This document shows, piece after piece, positions 1-10,080 of a stretch of 64,000 nucleotides of DNA. A program made the translations under genes and the position numbers. This stretch comes from Candidatus Heimdallarchaeota archaeon (GTDB lineage Archaea > Asgardarchaeota > Heimdallarchaeia > Hodarchaeales > Hodarchaeaceae). The stretch is taken from positions 3,823,908 through 3,887,907 of the forward strand of contig CP070695.1 in assembly GCA_020353515.1 (NCBI GenBank), in the 5' to 3' direction. Below the pieces are notes generated by a model. It did no database searches. It was not told where the DNA came from and saw only the letters and a program-made list of their open reading frames with translations. Each line of letters begins with the position of its first letter. Positions within the stretch are counted from its first letter, which is position 1.

Positions 1-552
1 CTTCTACCAGATATTCACAATAATCCATTAATGCTTCTGCTTCTTGGTTTTTCTGCGGGTTTAGGAGCATCAATTGGTGAACTTACAGCATGGATCCTGG
101 GTAGAGCAGGAGAAAAGACACTAAAGGAATCATCAAAATTAGAGAAAATGAATCAATGGGTAGAAAAAGGATATGCCCCTTTTCTGATTTTTCTCTTTGC
201 AGCAACACCGCTACCTGATGATGCCTTCATGGTGGTATTAGGTCTGGCAAATTATACGTTGTGGAAAGTATTATTATTCTGTTTCATAGGAAAAGTAACT
301 TTGACATGTACAACCGCTTTTATAGCTTCTACAGCCAGCGAAACAACTCTGGGCCAGTTCTTTTTCAAACTTTATGGCATCGATTTGAAGATGATAGAAA
401 CAGGCGTGATTCAACCAACTTCCTTCATCGAGATAGTGCTTAGCACTGTAACTTGGATTCTCACGACATTATTAATCGCTGGATTTATTCTTATAGATTG
501 GAATGAAACGTATAACAAAATAACAAAATTTCTGAAACGAGAACATGTTTAA
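1..552 (+). CDS. VTT/DedA (SNARE-associated Golgi protein) family membrane protein, 5'-partial
   Basis: Motifs GLGASIGELTAWILGR and FLFAATPLPDD; hydrophobic; the frame is open back to base 1, so the start lies outside the window. Confidence 0.8.
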   Translation, partial: LLPDIHNNPLMLLLLGFSAGLGASIGELTAWILGRAGEKTLKESSKLEKMNQWVEKGYAPFLIFLFAATPLPDDAFMVVLGLANYTLWKVLLFCFIGKVTLTCTTAFIASTASETTLGQFFFKLYGIDLKMIETGVIQPTSFIEIVLSTVTWILTTLLIAGFILIDWNETYNKITKFLKREHV

Positions 553-562
553 GTGTTAAAAA

Positions 563-1543
563 TTATTTTAATTCTGGAATAAGATTGGGAGGTTGGTCTC
601 CTCGTTCTATTGCTAGAATATTATCTGCTACCATTTTGGCCATTGCATTACGTGCTTGAGTCGTTGCAGACCCAATATGTGGAGTCAAAACAACGTTCTT
701 CAATTCTCTTAGCTCAGTAGGAATAGAGGGTTCGTCATAAAATACATCTAATGCCGCTCCTGCAATTACTTTGTTTTTTAAAGCATTAATGAGTACTTTT
801 TCATTAATCACTTTCCCACGAGCAGTGTTAATTAGATATGCAGAGGGTTTCATAATCTCGAATTCACGTTCAGAAATTAAGTGGTGAGTTTCTGATGTAT
901 AAGGAACATTTATACTTATTATATCTGCTTCCTTAAGAACATCTTTAAGGTTTTCCTTGAAGACTAAGTTATATTCAGCTTCAATACTATGTTTCCGAGT
1001 TCGGGAATGATAGAGAACTCTCATATCAAAACCATAAGCTCTTTTCGCCACCGCAGTTCCGATACGTCCGAGACCGATAATCCCAAGAGTTTTTCCAGTG
1101 ATTTCAAATCCAAGTAAATATTTGGGTAACCATCCTGGGAATTTGTTATCACGACAAATAGTATCTCCCTCAACAATCCTACGTGTTACTGTGAGGATCA
1201 ATCCCCAAACAAGATCAGCAGTCGCGTTTGTTAACACGTCAGGAGTATTAGTTACAAGAATGTTTCTTTTTTTTGCAGAATTAATATCAATATTATTATA
1301 TCCAACTGCATAGTTTGCAATTCCCCGAAGTGATGGAGCTAAATCCATCAAATCTTCAGTTATATCTACAGAGAGAAGTGGTATAAGAAAATCGGCAGTT
1401 GGGAGTAGCTCTTGCAATTGAGATTTAATCGAAATGGTTTCATCTAAAATCTTTATATCCATAGATTTCTTTAAGATATTTAGACCTGTTTCAGGGATTG
1501 AATGTGTGCATAGCACTAGTGGACGTGAATTCATCATAATCAC
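563..1543 (-). CDS. gyaR: D-2-hydroxyacid dehydrogenase (glyoxylate/hydroxypyruvate reductase, GyaR-like)
   Basis: AVGYNNID, GIIGLGRIG Rossmann motif, LINTARG, AALDVF, TPHIGSAT. Confidence 0.85.
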   Translation of the reverse strand: MIMMNSRPLVLCTHSIPETGLNILKKSMDIKILDETISIKSQLQELLPTADFLIPLLSVDITEDLMDLAPSLRGIANYAVGYNNIDINSAKKRNILVTNTPDVLTNATADLVWGLILTVTRRIVEGDTICRDNKFPGWLPKYLLGFEITGKTLGIIGLGRIGTAVAKRAYGFDMRVLYHSRTRKHSIEAEYNLVFKENLKDVLKEADIISINVPYTSETHHLISEREFEIMKPSAYLINTARGKVINEKVLINALKNKVIAGAALDVFYDEPSIPTELRELKNVVLTPHIGSATTQARNAMAKMVADNILAIERGDQPPNLIPELK

Positions 1544-2661
1544 TCATCATTCAGATATTTCTGTACTTCTCCAATATCATCAAATCTTAAAATCTCCATA
1601 TCACGGTTTTTACAGAATTCCTGCAACATAAAATTAAGTTTAGTAGCGTTTTTTTCAATTTTTTGGAAATCTTTTTTGGATATTCCCTCCATAAGATTAG
1701 GCAGCATTAATTTAAGGTAAAATGTTTTGATTTCCTCAAAGAAGTTGAAATTATCAACATCTACAATTTGGTTTCCTTCATAATGAGCAAGCTCCTCAGC
1801 AATCCATATTTGGAGTTCCGTTGCAGCATAACTAACTGCGAGTATATCTTTTTTATTACAAGCTGATAGGATCTTATTGACGTATGCTTTCATGCTGATA
1901 TAATTGTTACAGGTTTTATCTTCTGTAGTTTCATCTATAACAATATTCTGCTGTTTTTTCAATATCATTTCTCGCATTCCCATCATCAATTCCCGTCCTA
2001 AATCCACCATTTCAACAAAGTTATCCGTAGTGCTGAGAGCTGTGACTAGATTTTGATAATTATCGGGTAATGATGAGAAATGGAAAGCCTCATGTAGATT
2101 AGACCCCCAATTTTTCATCAAAAAGGAATTGTTAGCAAGAGAAAGGTTCCTAACCGTTTTATTTATGAGTTGCCATGCAGCCCAACGTGCGGAGAGTAGA
2201 TCAGAATTTTTTTGTGCAATCTTTATTTCTTCAAGGTGAGAATATCCTGAATTAAAATCTGCCATTATTTGTTTAAGATTATCTTCTTCCTTTCGTTGGG
2301 TTTCTATGATTAATAAGTTAAAACGAATTTTATCAGAATTAGATCTAGAATATAAAATCTTACCTTTAGTAAATAATGCAGCTGATACAGCCCATGGACT
2401 CCTATTCTCTTTTCCTAAAGCCATCGTTTCAGCTTGTTTCCAATCCATTTTCCAAAAATCTACTGTATGGCCTTGGAAGATAAATTCCCAAGGAAGATCA
2501 GTATCTTCATTATCATCAACAATTGCGTACATGTCGAGATCAGAGAATTTATTATCCTTTTCTCGAGCAGTTGAACCGTATAGAACAATTATAGCGATTT
2601 TATCAGGATTTCGTCTCACAGCTTGGTTTTTAAGACATTCAGATAATTCTAATAGTGTCAT
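1540..2661 (-). CDS. Nucleotidyltransferase of the kanamycin nucleotidyltransferase (KNTase)/DNA pol beta fold with helical C-terminal domain(s)
   Basis: LYGSTAR-x6-SDLD motif at the N-terminus; 4-nt overlap with the downstream gene. Confidence 0.7.
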   Translation of the reverse strand: MTLLELSECLKNQAVRRNPDKIAIIVLYGSTAREKDNKFSDLDMYAIVDDNEDTDLPWEFIFQGHTVDFWKMDWKQAETMALGKENRSPWAVSAALFTKGKILYSRSNSDKIRFNLLIIETQRKEEDNLKQIMADFNSGYSHLEEIKIAQKNSDLLSARWAAWQLINKTVRNLSLANNSFLMKNWGSNLHEAFHFSSLPDNYQNLVTALSTTDNFVEMVDLGRELMMGMREMILKKQQNIVIDETTEDKTCNNYISMKAYVNKILSACNKKDILAVSYAATELQIWIAEELAHYEGNQIVDVDNFNFFEEIKTFYLKLMLPNLMEGISKKDFQKIEKNATKLNFMLQEFCKNRDMEILRFDDIGEVQKYLNDE

Positions 2662-2679
2662 TTTACTTCCACGTAGACA

Positions 2680-4236
2680 TTACACTTTTGAATAGACCTC
2701 TTCTCCTCCAACAATTGTACTTTCTATCAAACTATCATTTAACTTTTCTGGATCTAAATTAAAGGGTGAATCTGATAAAATTACAAAATCTGCATATTTT
2801 CCAATAGCAATACTTCCGAGTTTGGATTCCATAAATAATGCTTGGGCATTACTGAGAGTATAAGCCTGAAGTGCTTCCTTGACTGAAATTTTTACATCGG
2901 TCTTAGGAAAAGTTATAGCTTTTTGGATTCCATAGAAAGGAGAGAGAGGCATATTATCTGAACCAAAATGAAGGGATAAACCATGTTGTAGAATGGTTGA
3001 GTATCGATTTAAGGTCATAAAACGTGCTTCTCCTAATCGTGTCTCGTAAAGTTCACCAGGGTACTCCCATTTGAGGAAATTAGGCTGCATTGAAAGAAGA
3101 ATCCCTAACTCTTTTGCCTTCTGAATTTGCACGTCAGTTATCATTTCAGCATGTTCAATCCGGTGTCTGCGAGACGATGAATTCTTCCCAGATTTCTTGA
3201 TTCCCTTTTCATAACAATTAAGAAGCTTCTCTATAGCAAGATCCCCAATTGCGTGGATACAGAGAGTATAATCATTTTCTTCTGCAAAGACAATCTGAGA
3301 AATAAGTTCATCTTCGTCCAAGAATTGGTCTCCTTTCCCTTCTGCATCTTGATACGAAAGACTGATCAAAGCCGTATGTGCCCCAAGAGCACCATCAAAA
3401 AAGCCTTTAAACCCTGAAAATCTCACTTTTGAGGAACCCCAATTTTGATTCATACCCAAAACTGAGAACTCATTCATTAATTCCCGTGTTGGATTAAGAA
3501 AGATTCGGATTGGTAACTTATCTTCCAAATCTAGTCTGAAATAAGCATGCATCAAATTTTGTTGTCCTGATGGCATAATTGTTAGATTATCAACTGCTGC
3601 TGTTATACCTTTTGTAGCTGCAATATAACAGGATTCATCTATGCTCTTAGGAATTTTTTCCTTATAATACGAGGATAAATCTAACCAAACATCTTTCAAA
3701 ATTCCTGTCAATTCTCCTGAAGGATCTTTTTCAAGACCAGGATGAGATTCAGGGATAGAAAGCTTTTCTAGAGCAAGAGAGTTTGCAACAACTAAATGAC
3801 CATCTTCTCTATGTGTGTATAAAGGATTTTGAGGACTAATTTCATCGAGTGCCCTTTTTGTGAGAAATTCTTGACGATCCTTCCATTTAGATTCATCCCA
3901 GTTTGAAGCAAAAATCCATTCCCCAGGTTTCTTGGTTTTTGCCTCCTTCTCTAGGCGCTTAATAACTTCTTCATATGTCTGATAAGAACCTAAATCAATC
4001 GAAATAATATGAGCTTCTTTCCAGAGATGTGTATGAAGATCGATAAATCCTGGAATAATTGTCTTTCCTTCAACATCAAGCACAGAAATCGCTTTATCAA
4101 TTATTTTTGATTTATCTTCACCTACATAGGTAAATTTATCAGCCTTAATCCCTATCATTTCTGCTGATTCTCTATTTGGATCCATTGTAACAATATTTGC
4201 ATTGTATAGTACCCAATCATAGGACTGATCAGTCAT
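2680..4236 (-). CDS. Amidohydrolase 3 family (YtcJ-like) metal-dependent hydrolase
   Basis: PGFIDLHTH, KGFFDGALG, HAIGD, RHRIEHAE, FGSD, GKYADFVIL. Confidence 0.9.
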   Translation of the reverse strand: MTDQSYDWVLYNANIVTMDPNRESAEMIGIKADKFTYVGEDKSKIIDKAISVLDVEGKTIIPGFIDLHTHLWKEAHIISIDLGSYQTYEEVIKRLEKEAKTKKPGEWIFASNWDESKWKDRQEFLTKRALDEISPQNPLYTHREDGHLVVANSLALEKLSIPESHPGLEKDPSGELTGILKDVWLDLSSYYKEKIPKSIDESCYIAATKGITAAVDNLTIMPSGQQNLMHAYFRLDLEDKLPIRIFLNPTRELMNEFSVLGMNQNWGSSKVRFSGFKGFFDGALGAHTALISLSYQDAEGKGDQFLDEDELISQIVFAEENDYTLCIHAIGDLAIEKLLNCYEKGIKKSGKNSSSRRHRIEHAEMITDVQIQKAKELGILLSMQPNFLKWEYPGELYETRLGEARFMTLNRYSTILQHGLSLHFGSDNMPLSPFYGIQKAITFPKTDVKISVKEALQAYTLSNAQALFMESKLGSIAIGKYADFVILSDSPFNLDPEKLNDSLIESTIVGGEEVYSKV

Positions 4237-4384
4237 TTGGTCTCACTTTCCTTTTTTTTTGACTTTAAGTGTTCTATTAAAAGTGGTTTTCTTTTTATCG
4301 AAGATTAGATGATTATACCTAAGTGGCTAAATGTAGAGAATTAATTCCTATTTCACCTCACAATCAATAGGCGTGAAGATAATC

Positions 4385-5431
4385 ATGGCTAAAAAAGAAA
4401 TTGATGACAGAATTGTTGAATTGGATATGGGACAGGGTGGGAAAAAAATGGATATTCTGTTAGATTTTATTACAGAACGAATAAAGATTAAAAAGATCTT
4501 AGAAGGTGTTGGGGTTGAATCTTACGATGATGGTGCAATCATTCCATTTGAGGTTTCATCGAAGGATCTAGTTGTAACCACAGATTCATACACAGTTTCT
4601 CCTCTCTTCTTTCGAGGAGGTAATATCGGAACATTGGCAGCGGCAGGCACAATAAATGATCTATTAATGATGGGAGCAAAACCCATTGCCATTACCTTAG
4701 CCTTAATCATTAAAGAGGGTTTTAAGTTTTCAGATTTAGGAACTATTATTGATACAATATCTGAAATTACAGCAGAACATAATATTGCTATCGTAGCGGG
4801 TGATACAAAAGTATTACCTCAAAGTACAATGGTTGAGGCTGGAATGTTCATTAATACAACTGGGGTTGGAATTATCCCTGCAGGAAAACGAATCATGGAT
4901 CGATTAATACACCCTGGTGACAAAATAATCGCTTCTGGCACGTTAGGAGATCATGGATTTGCTATGTTGGTAAGTCGGGAAGGAATTGAGCTTGAGACTA
5001 CTCTCGGATCCGATGTGGCAGCATTAAGCTCGTTGATACTACCAATCCTCAAATATCGTGTTCATGCTATGAAAGATCCAACAAGAGGAGGATTGACCGC
5101 GGTATTAGCAGAATGGGCTGTGAAATCATCAGTTTCTCTTTGGATTGAGGAGAGTGAAATACCGATTTCTGAAGAAGTCAGAGTTGTATCAGAAATCTTT
5201 GGTATTGATCCATTAAATGTTTCCTGTGAAGGAAAAGCAATAATTGCAATACATCCCGAGGATGCAGATGTTGTCCTTCAAATCCTTAAATCCTCCCCGT
5301 TAGGTCAAGATGCAGCAATTATTGGTGAAGCTCGAGAAGAAAGACCTGGGAAAGTCCTTATGAAAACCATCATTGGGGGTCATCGGATTCTAGATAAGCC
5401 AGTTGGGGAACCTATCCCCCGAGTCTGTTGA
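4385..5431 (+). CDS. hypE: [NiFe]-hydrogenase maturation carbamoyl dehydratase HypE
   Basis: TTDSYTVSPLFFRGG, GTINDL, MKDPTRGG, C-terminal PRVC; start moved to the ATG at 4385. Confidence 0.95.
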   Translation: MAKKEIDDRIVELDMGQGGKKMDILLDFITERIKIKKILEGVGVESYDDGAIIPFEVSSKDLVVTTDSYTVSPLFFRGGNIGTLAAAGTINDLLMMGAKPIAITLALIIKEGFKFSDLGTIIDTISEITAEHNIAIVAGDTKVLPQSTMVEAGMFINTTGVGIIPAGKRIMDRLIHPGDKIIASGTLGDHGFAMLVSREGIELETTLGSDVAALSSLILPILKYRVHAMKDPTRGGLTAVLAEWAVKSSVSLWIEESEIPISEEVRVVSEIFGIDPLNVSCEGKAIIAIHPEDADVVLQILKSSPLGQDAAIIGEAREERPGKVLMKTIIGGHRILDKPVGEPIPRVC

Positions 5432-5443
5432 TTAATTTCATCA

Positions 5444-5695
5444 TCAGCCTGTTGATGTTTTCTCCTCTTCTTGAAGTTTCCAAATTTCCTCCCACATCGC
5501 TAACGTTTCTTTAGCTTCTTCTGGCTCCATTTTAGAAACAGCATATCCTGTATGAATTAAAATCCAATCCCCAATTTTTATCTCTTCAGGCATCAAAGCT
5601 ATACTAACTTCACGAGTAACTCCTTTTCCAAAATCAGCAATGATGACATCGTCACTAATAAATTTCTTAACTTGCGCAGGAATTGCTAAACACAT
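5444..5695 (-). CDS. hypC: Hydrogenase maturation chaperone HypC
   Basis: MCLAIPA N-terminus (ATG at 5695), GDWILIHTGYA. Confidence 0.95.
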   Translation of the reverse strand: MCLAIPAQVKKFISDDVIIADFGKGVTREVSIALMPEEIKIGDWILIHTGYAVSKMEPEEAKETLAMWEEIWKLQEEEKTSTG

Positions 5696-5800
5696 CTTAA
5701 ACTTATACAACCCTTCATTTGATCATATTAATGTTCATCTTCTTGTGGTTTAAATTTTCTGTTTTTCTTTCATAAATCCAGTAAGAAGTATATAATTAAA

Positions 5801-6580
5801 TTACTCTTGAGGTGAGTCTAATTCGTTGAGAATTGTTGTCACATCAATCTGTTCAAAATTAATTCTTAAAGAACGAAGTAAAGCCCCAAGCAATATTCCT
5901 GCGTACATTGGTAAATTCAGATATGTTATCCAGTCTATCAATTCCCATGTTACTACATCTAAAGATAGATTATGTACTCCCTTGATCACAATCCATGAGA
6001 AACATGTTATAAATGTAAAGGCAGCACAACACGTTCCTAAGAGAAATATTAATTGCGTTAATTCTAGTAATTTGAGTTCTTCTCCTTCAAATTGATCAAG
6101 AACGGAATTTATTCGTATAATTGCCCTGATAAAAATGTATAGAAGAGAAATAATGGCCAGAAAGTATACTAATAGCTCTACGGTCAGAGAAATTTCTAAT
6201 AAATAAATATCTGGTTTGATAGCAACTAGTGCAGCTGATCCAATGGCCGCACCAAAAACAGGTAACAAATATCGTTCAATTTCTCGTGACCGATTGAGAA
6301 ATGCTGATAGATAAGAATTTCCTACTTCAAGAAAAAGAAGCCAAATGACTATATTTGTGATTAGAAAGAGCTGGAGTTGAAACGATTGTGGAAGAAGAAC
6401 TGCAATGAATAAAAGTACAAAAATCAATGTTCCCAGAAGAAAAGTAAAGGCAATATGAAGCATCGTTTTTTCTCCTTTCTGGCGATAATTTTTAAAAAAT
6501 ACCAGAAAATTCAGGAAAGCGAGTCCAGCTGTAAGGAGTAAAGGTAAAGCTAGGATTAATATTTCTAGTAAGCCACTCAT
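5801..6580 (-). CDS. Polytopic (~7 TM) membrane protein of unknown function
   Basis: Repeated long hydrophobic segments; ATGA overlap with the upstream RHH gene. Confidence 0.7.
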   Translation of the reverse strand: MSGLLEILILALPLLLTAGLAFLNFLVFFKNYRQKGEKTMLHIAFTFLLGTLIFVLLFIAVLLPQSFQLQLFLITNIVIWLLFLEVGNSYLSAFLNRSREIERYLLPVFGAAIGSAALVAIKPDIYLLEISLTVELLVYFLAIISLLYIFIRAIIRINSVLDQFEGEELKLLELTQLIFLLGTCCAAFTFITCFSWIVIKGVHNLSLDVVTWELIDWITYLNLPMYAGILLGALLRSLRINFEQIDVTTILNELDSPQE

Positions 6581-6786
6581 TGATAATACTCCTCATGATT
6601 ATTTTCATCAAGTCCTAATTCGTGGAATATCCTAGCAGCATAATCTTTTGCCCATAGTTCTGTTCTCTCCTCTAGAACCCTTGCGGCTAAAACACTAATT
6701 TTCAGATTCAAAATTTTGGCGTTTTTTTCAAGAATTTCTCTAGTTTTTTTATTGATTCTGATGGATAATACCGTAGTTCGTGACAT
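6577..6786 (-). CDS. Small ribbon-helix-helix (CopG-like) DNA-binding protein
   Basis: MSRTTVLSIRINKKTREILEKNAKILNLKISVLAARVLEE fits the RHH pattern; ATG at 6786 avoids overlap with menA. Confidence 0.65.
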   Translation of the reverse strand: MSRTTVLSIRINKKTREILEKNAKILNLKISVLAARVLEERTELWAKDYAARIFHELGLDENNHEEYYQ

Positions 6787-6908
6787 TTGAAAATCTCTCT
6801 TTATAAGTAAACTTTGTAAACGATGCAAACGGGGAGTTATCAAGTCATCTCTTAAATCTCTGCATGGAAATAATTTCTTCAATAATTGGACTAGGAGACT
6901 TTGTAAGA

Positions 6909-7868
6909 ATGAGTGACCTTACTCTCAATTTAGAACCCGCACAAACACAGTTAAATCATTCTCTTATAAGCCGAATTCTTATTTGGATTCAAGCTCTCCG
7001 AGCACCCTTTTTCACGGCTTCAATTGTTCCCCTTGTATTGGGAATGGCTATTGCTTGGTATGAAACTAGGATTTTTGATCCTCTTTTAGGATTTCTAACT
7101 CTCCTTGCGGGTGTCGCAATTCACGCAGGAACGAACTTAATTAACGATTATTTTGATCAACCCACAGATGATCTGAATCAAAATTTTTCCCCTTTCAATG
7201 GTGGCTCCCGAATGATTCAGAATAATGTTCTGGTACCACGTCAGATTCTAATTGCATCTGTAATCTGCTATCTCGTAGGGGTTGTTACAGCTCTCTTTAT
7301 TATCATATATACAGGCGGATTTTTATTGTTGCTCTTCTTAGCTATTGCAGTACTCTTAGGACTCTTCTATACAGCTCTTCCTGTTCAACTTAGTTATCGG
7401 GGATTAGGTGAGATTGCGGTATTCGTTGGTTTTGGACCTCTTGGAGTTTTAAGTGCATTTTTCATTCAATTAGGATATATTAATTGGGGATTATGTTTGA
7501 TGGCTTCAATCCCGATTGCTTTCTTAATTGCAATGGTTTTGTTTCTTAATGAATTTCAAGATAGGGAAGCAGATCAAGAAGCTGGTAAAAAAACTCTTGT
7601 TGTCGTTTTAGGGAAGAGTTCAGGAATTAAAATCTATTTAACAGGCATGATCATTGCATATATCTTCCTTCTCGTTGGTATATTCTTTACAATATTTCCC
7701 TTATCATTATTATTACCTTTTATCACTCTTCCATTGGCAATTAAAGCAATATTGACTGCAACAGAAAATTATCAACTGATCAAAGAGCTACAACCTGCCA
7801 ATGCTATGACAATTCTCACTCATTTTATTTTTGGTATCATGATGGCATTGGCGTTCTTACTAGCATAG
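6909..7868 (+). CDS. menA: 1,4-dihydroxy-2-naphthoate prenyltransferase (UbiA/MenA family)
   Basis: ALRAPFF, NLINDYFD, GGSR, NEFQDREADQEAGKKTL; GGAG upstream of ATG 6909. Confidence 0.9.
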   Translation: MSDLTLNLEPAQTQLNHSLISRILIWIQALRAPFFTASIVPLVLGMAIAWYETRIFDPLLGFLTLLAGVAIHAGTNLINDYFDQPTDDLNQNFSPFNGGSRMIQNNVLVPRQILIASVICYLVGVVTALFIIIYTGGFLLLLFLAIAVLLGLFYTALPVQLSYRGLGEIAVFVGFGPLGVLSAFFIQLGYINWGLCLMASIPIAFLIAMVLFLNEFQDREADQEAGKKTLVVVLGKSSGIKIYLTGMIIAYIFLLVGIFFTIFPLSLLLPFITLPLAIKAILTATENYQLIKELQPANAMTILTHFIFGIMMALAFLLA

Positions 7869-7876
7869 ATCTTTCT

Positions 7877-9799
7877 TCATTCGAATAAATATCTAATGGT
7901 TTTTTGCTTTATATGGTCAGGAAACTCAGGAACCTCCCAATTAAGAATTGTTACTTCATCAGCTCTCTCGATTGAAGCATTTTTTGCCAATCCACTTTGA
8001 GCAAAGGACTTGAGAAGGTGAATTGCTGCACGATTCCCCATAATTAACTCAGTTACGAAACGTGTAACACCTCGTTCAAGAGCTCTCTTTGTAAGGTACT
8101 CCAAAAAATATCTAGCTAGTCCCTTATTTCGGTATTTTTCATGAACTAGGAGAGAAATTTCGGCAGTTTGATTATCATAGAGGATGTAAAAATGGCCAGT
8201 TCCGATTATTTGTTCCGATGATATTGGCCCAAGAAAAGCTGCAATCCCCATATCACGAGAAAAATCAATATTTGCTTCTTTTTGTGCTTTTTCATGAGGT
8301 AGGGCTCTAATTGCGCTAAAATATCTGGAATATCTACTTTGATCGGATAGAGAATAAAAGAATGTTCGTAGTTTATCTTCATCGCTGGTTAAAATTGGTC
8401 TGATCCTAACCATGGGTCCATGTTTTAATGTAAAGTATTCTTGACAATCTAACGGGTACAACATGATATCTGGGGGATCATTGTAGATTTGATCTTGATA
8501 ACAATACCCATAATCCTTTGCTTTTTCCAATAGTTCTTTTCTAAATTTCGGATGTGCCAGTTCAATCATGGCAAGAACCCGCTCTCTAAGAGTGGCACCG
8601 TGAAGATAAGCAATTCCGTATTCAGAAACTACATATTCAATGTCAGCTCGTGTGATGGCAACACCTGCCCCTGGAGATAAATGCGAAACAATTCTGGATT
8701 TTCTTCCGTCTCTAGATGTTGAGGGAAGAGCAATAATAACTTTACCACCTTCAGATCTTAAAGCTCCCCTGTGGAGATCCACTGCTCCTCCTATACCACT
8801 ATAAAGGTAGTGACCTAAACTATCAGCTGCCACTTGACCTGTAAGATCGATTTCCAATGCAGAATTGACTGTTACCATTCTAGGGTTCTTTGAGACAACC
8901 GTTGGGTCTAAAACATAATCTGATGTATAAAATTTGAAATTTGGGTTGTCATTAATTGCACTATATAGTCGCTGAGTTCCCAAACAAAACGCAGAGATTG
9001 TAGCTCCTTTATGAATGACTTTTTCGGAATTTGTTACAATCCTTTTTTCAATCAAATCTAAAACAGAATCCGTAATCATCTCGGAATGGATACCCAAGTT
9101 TTCTCTATTTAGAAGATATTTTGGAACAGCATTTGGTACGTTACCAATACCAAAATGAAGAGTTGATCCATCCTCTATTAATGTGGCGACATTTTTAGCA
9201 ACACGTTCGATTTGCGGGGTTGTTAGCGGGGGAATCCACTCTTGTATTGGTGCTCGATTCTCTACCATGTAATCAATATCAGAGACATGAATTAGGCTAT
9301 CTCCATGTGTCACAGGCATTTCAGGATTAATTTCTGCGATTACCAATTTGGCATTTTCAACTGCAGACTTAGTAATATCAACACTGATTCCTAGACTAAT
9401 ATATCCTGAATCATCTGGCATAGAAGTTTGAATTAACGCAACATCAATAGGAAGTAGTTGTTTTCGAAATAACTCTGGGAGTTTTCTTGAGGAGACAGGA
9501 GTGTAATCCGCTCTTCCTGTTCTTACTGCATTTCTAATATTGTCAGTAATAAAGAAACTATTATAGCGGAATCGTTTTACATACTGTTCCTTGACGTAAG
9601 GAGCGGAACCAAAGGAGATTACATGATAAATCTCATTATCCTCGGTCCGAGTCTCCATGTTTGAGAGATGAAGTATCAGCAACCGAGGTTGGGCACATCC
9701 TGTTCCAACGAAGATTCGATCTCCAGGTTTTATATGGGATAGTGCTGAATCAGGTGTAGTTATTTTGGCTTCATCTGCTTCAACTGGTTGATACAGCAA
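7877..9799 (-). CDS. Acetyl-CoA hydrolase/4-hydroxybutyrate CoA-transferase fused to a C-terminal GNAT domain
   Basis: LGIHSEM, NSALEIDLTGQV, SGIGG in the N-terminal part; C-terminal RIRPI...AEISLLVHEKYRNKGLA (Pat-type GNAT). Confidence 0.85.
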   Translation of the reverse strand: MLYQPVEADEAKITTPDSALSHIKPGDRIFVGTGCAQPRLLILHLSNMETRTEDNEIYHVISFGSAPYVKEQYVKRFRYNSFFITDNIRNAVRTGRADYTPVSSRKLPELFRKQLLPIDVALIQTSMPDDSGYISLGISVDITKSAVENAKLVIAEINPEMPVTHGDSLIHVSDIDYMVENRAPIQEWIPPLTTPQIERVAKNVATLIEDGSTLHFGIGNVPNAVPKYLLNRENLGIHSEMITDSVLDLIEKRIVTNSEKVIHKGATISAFCLGTQRLYSAINDNPNFKFYTSDYVLDPTVVSKNPRMVTVNSALEIDLTGQVAADSLGHYLYSGIGGAVDLHRGALRSEGGKVIIALPSTSRDGRKSRIVSHLSPGAGVAITRADIEYVVSEYGIAYLHGATLRERVLAMIELAHPKFRKELLEKAKDYGYCYQDQIYNDPPDIMLYPLDCQEYFTLKHGPMVRIRPILTSDEDKLRTFFYSLSDQSRYSRYFSAIRALPHEKAQKEANIDFSRDMGIAAFLGPISSEQIIGTGHFYILYDNQTAEISLLVHEKYRNKGLARYFLEYLTKRALERGVTRFVTELIMGNRAAIHLLKSFAQSGLAKNASIERADEVTILNWEVPEFPDHIKQKTIRYLFE

Positions 9800-10080
9800 A
9801 AACCACCTTGATGGAATATTTCAACTCGGTTTATATCTTATAATGTTAGTTTGAACAAGAATTTATTTGGGCTTTCTTATTCTTTTTTCGGATATAATTC
9901 AATTATTTCATAACTACTTCTTTTTTCAATTGTCATTTTAGGATAAGGTATTTTTTAACAATAGTTAATGGCGAACTCCTTTATTCTGAGCGTTAGAGTT
10001 TTATACTTCGCATACCTATTTTTACAAAACCAATGATAAGATGTCTATGACTATTTCCAAAGGAAAGAAAGTGGTAAAGT

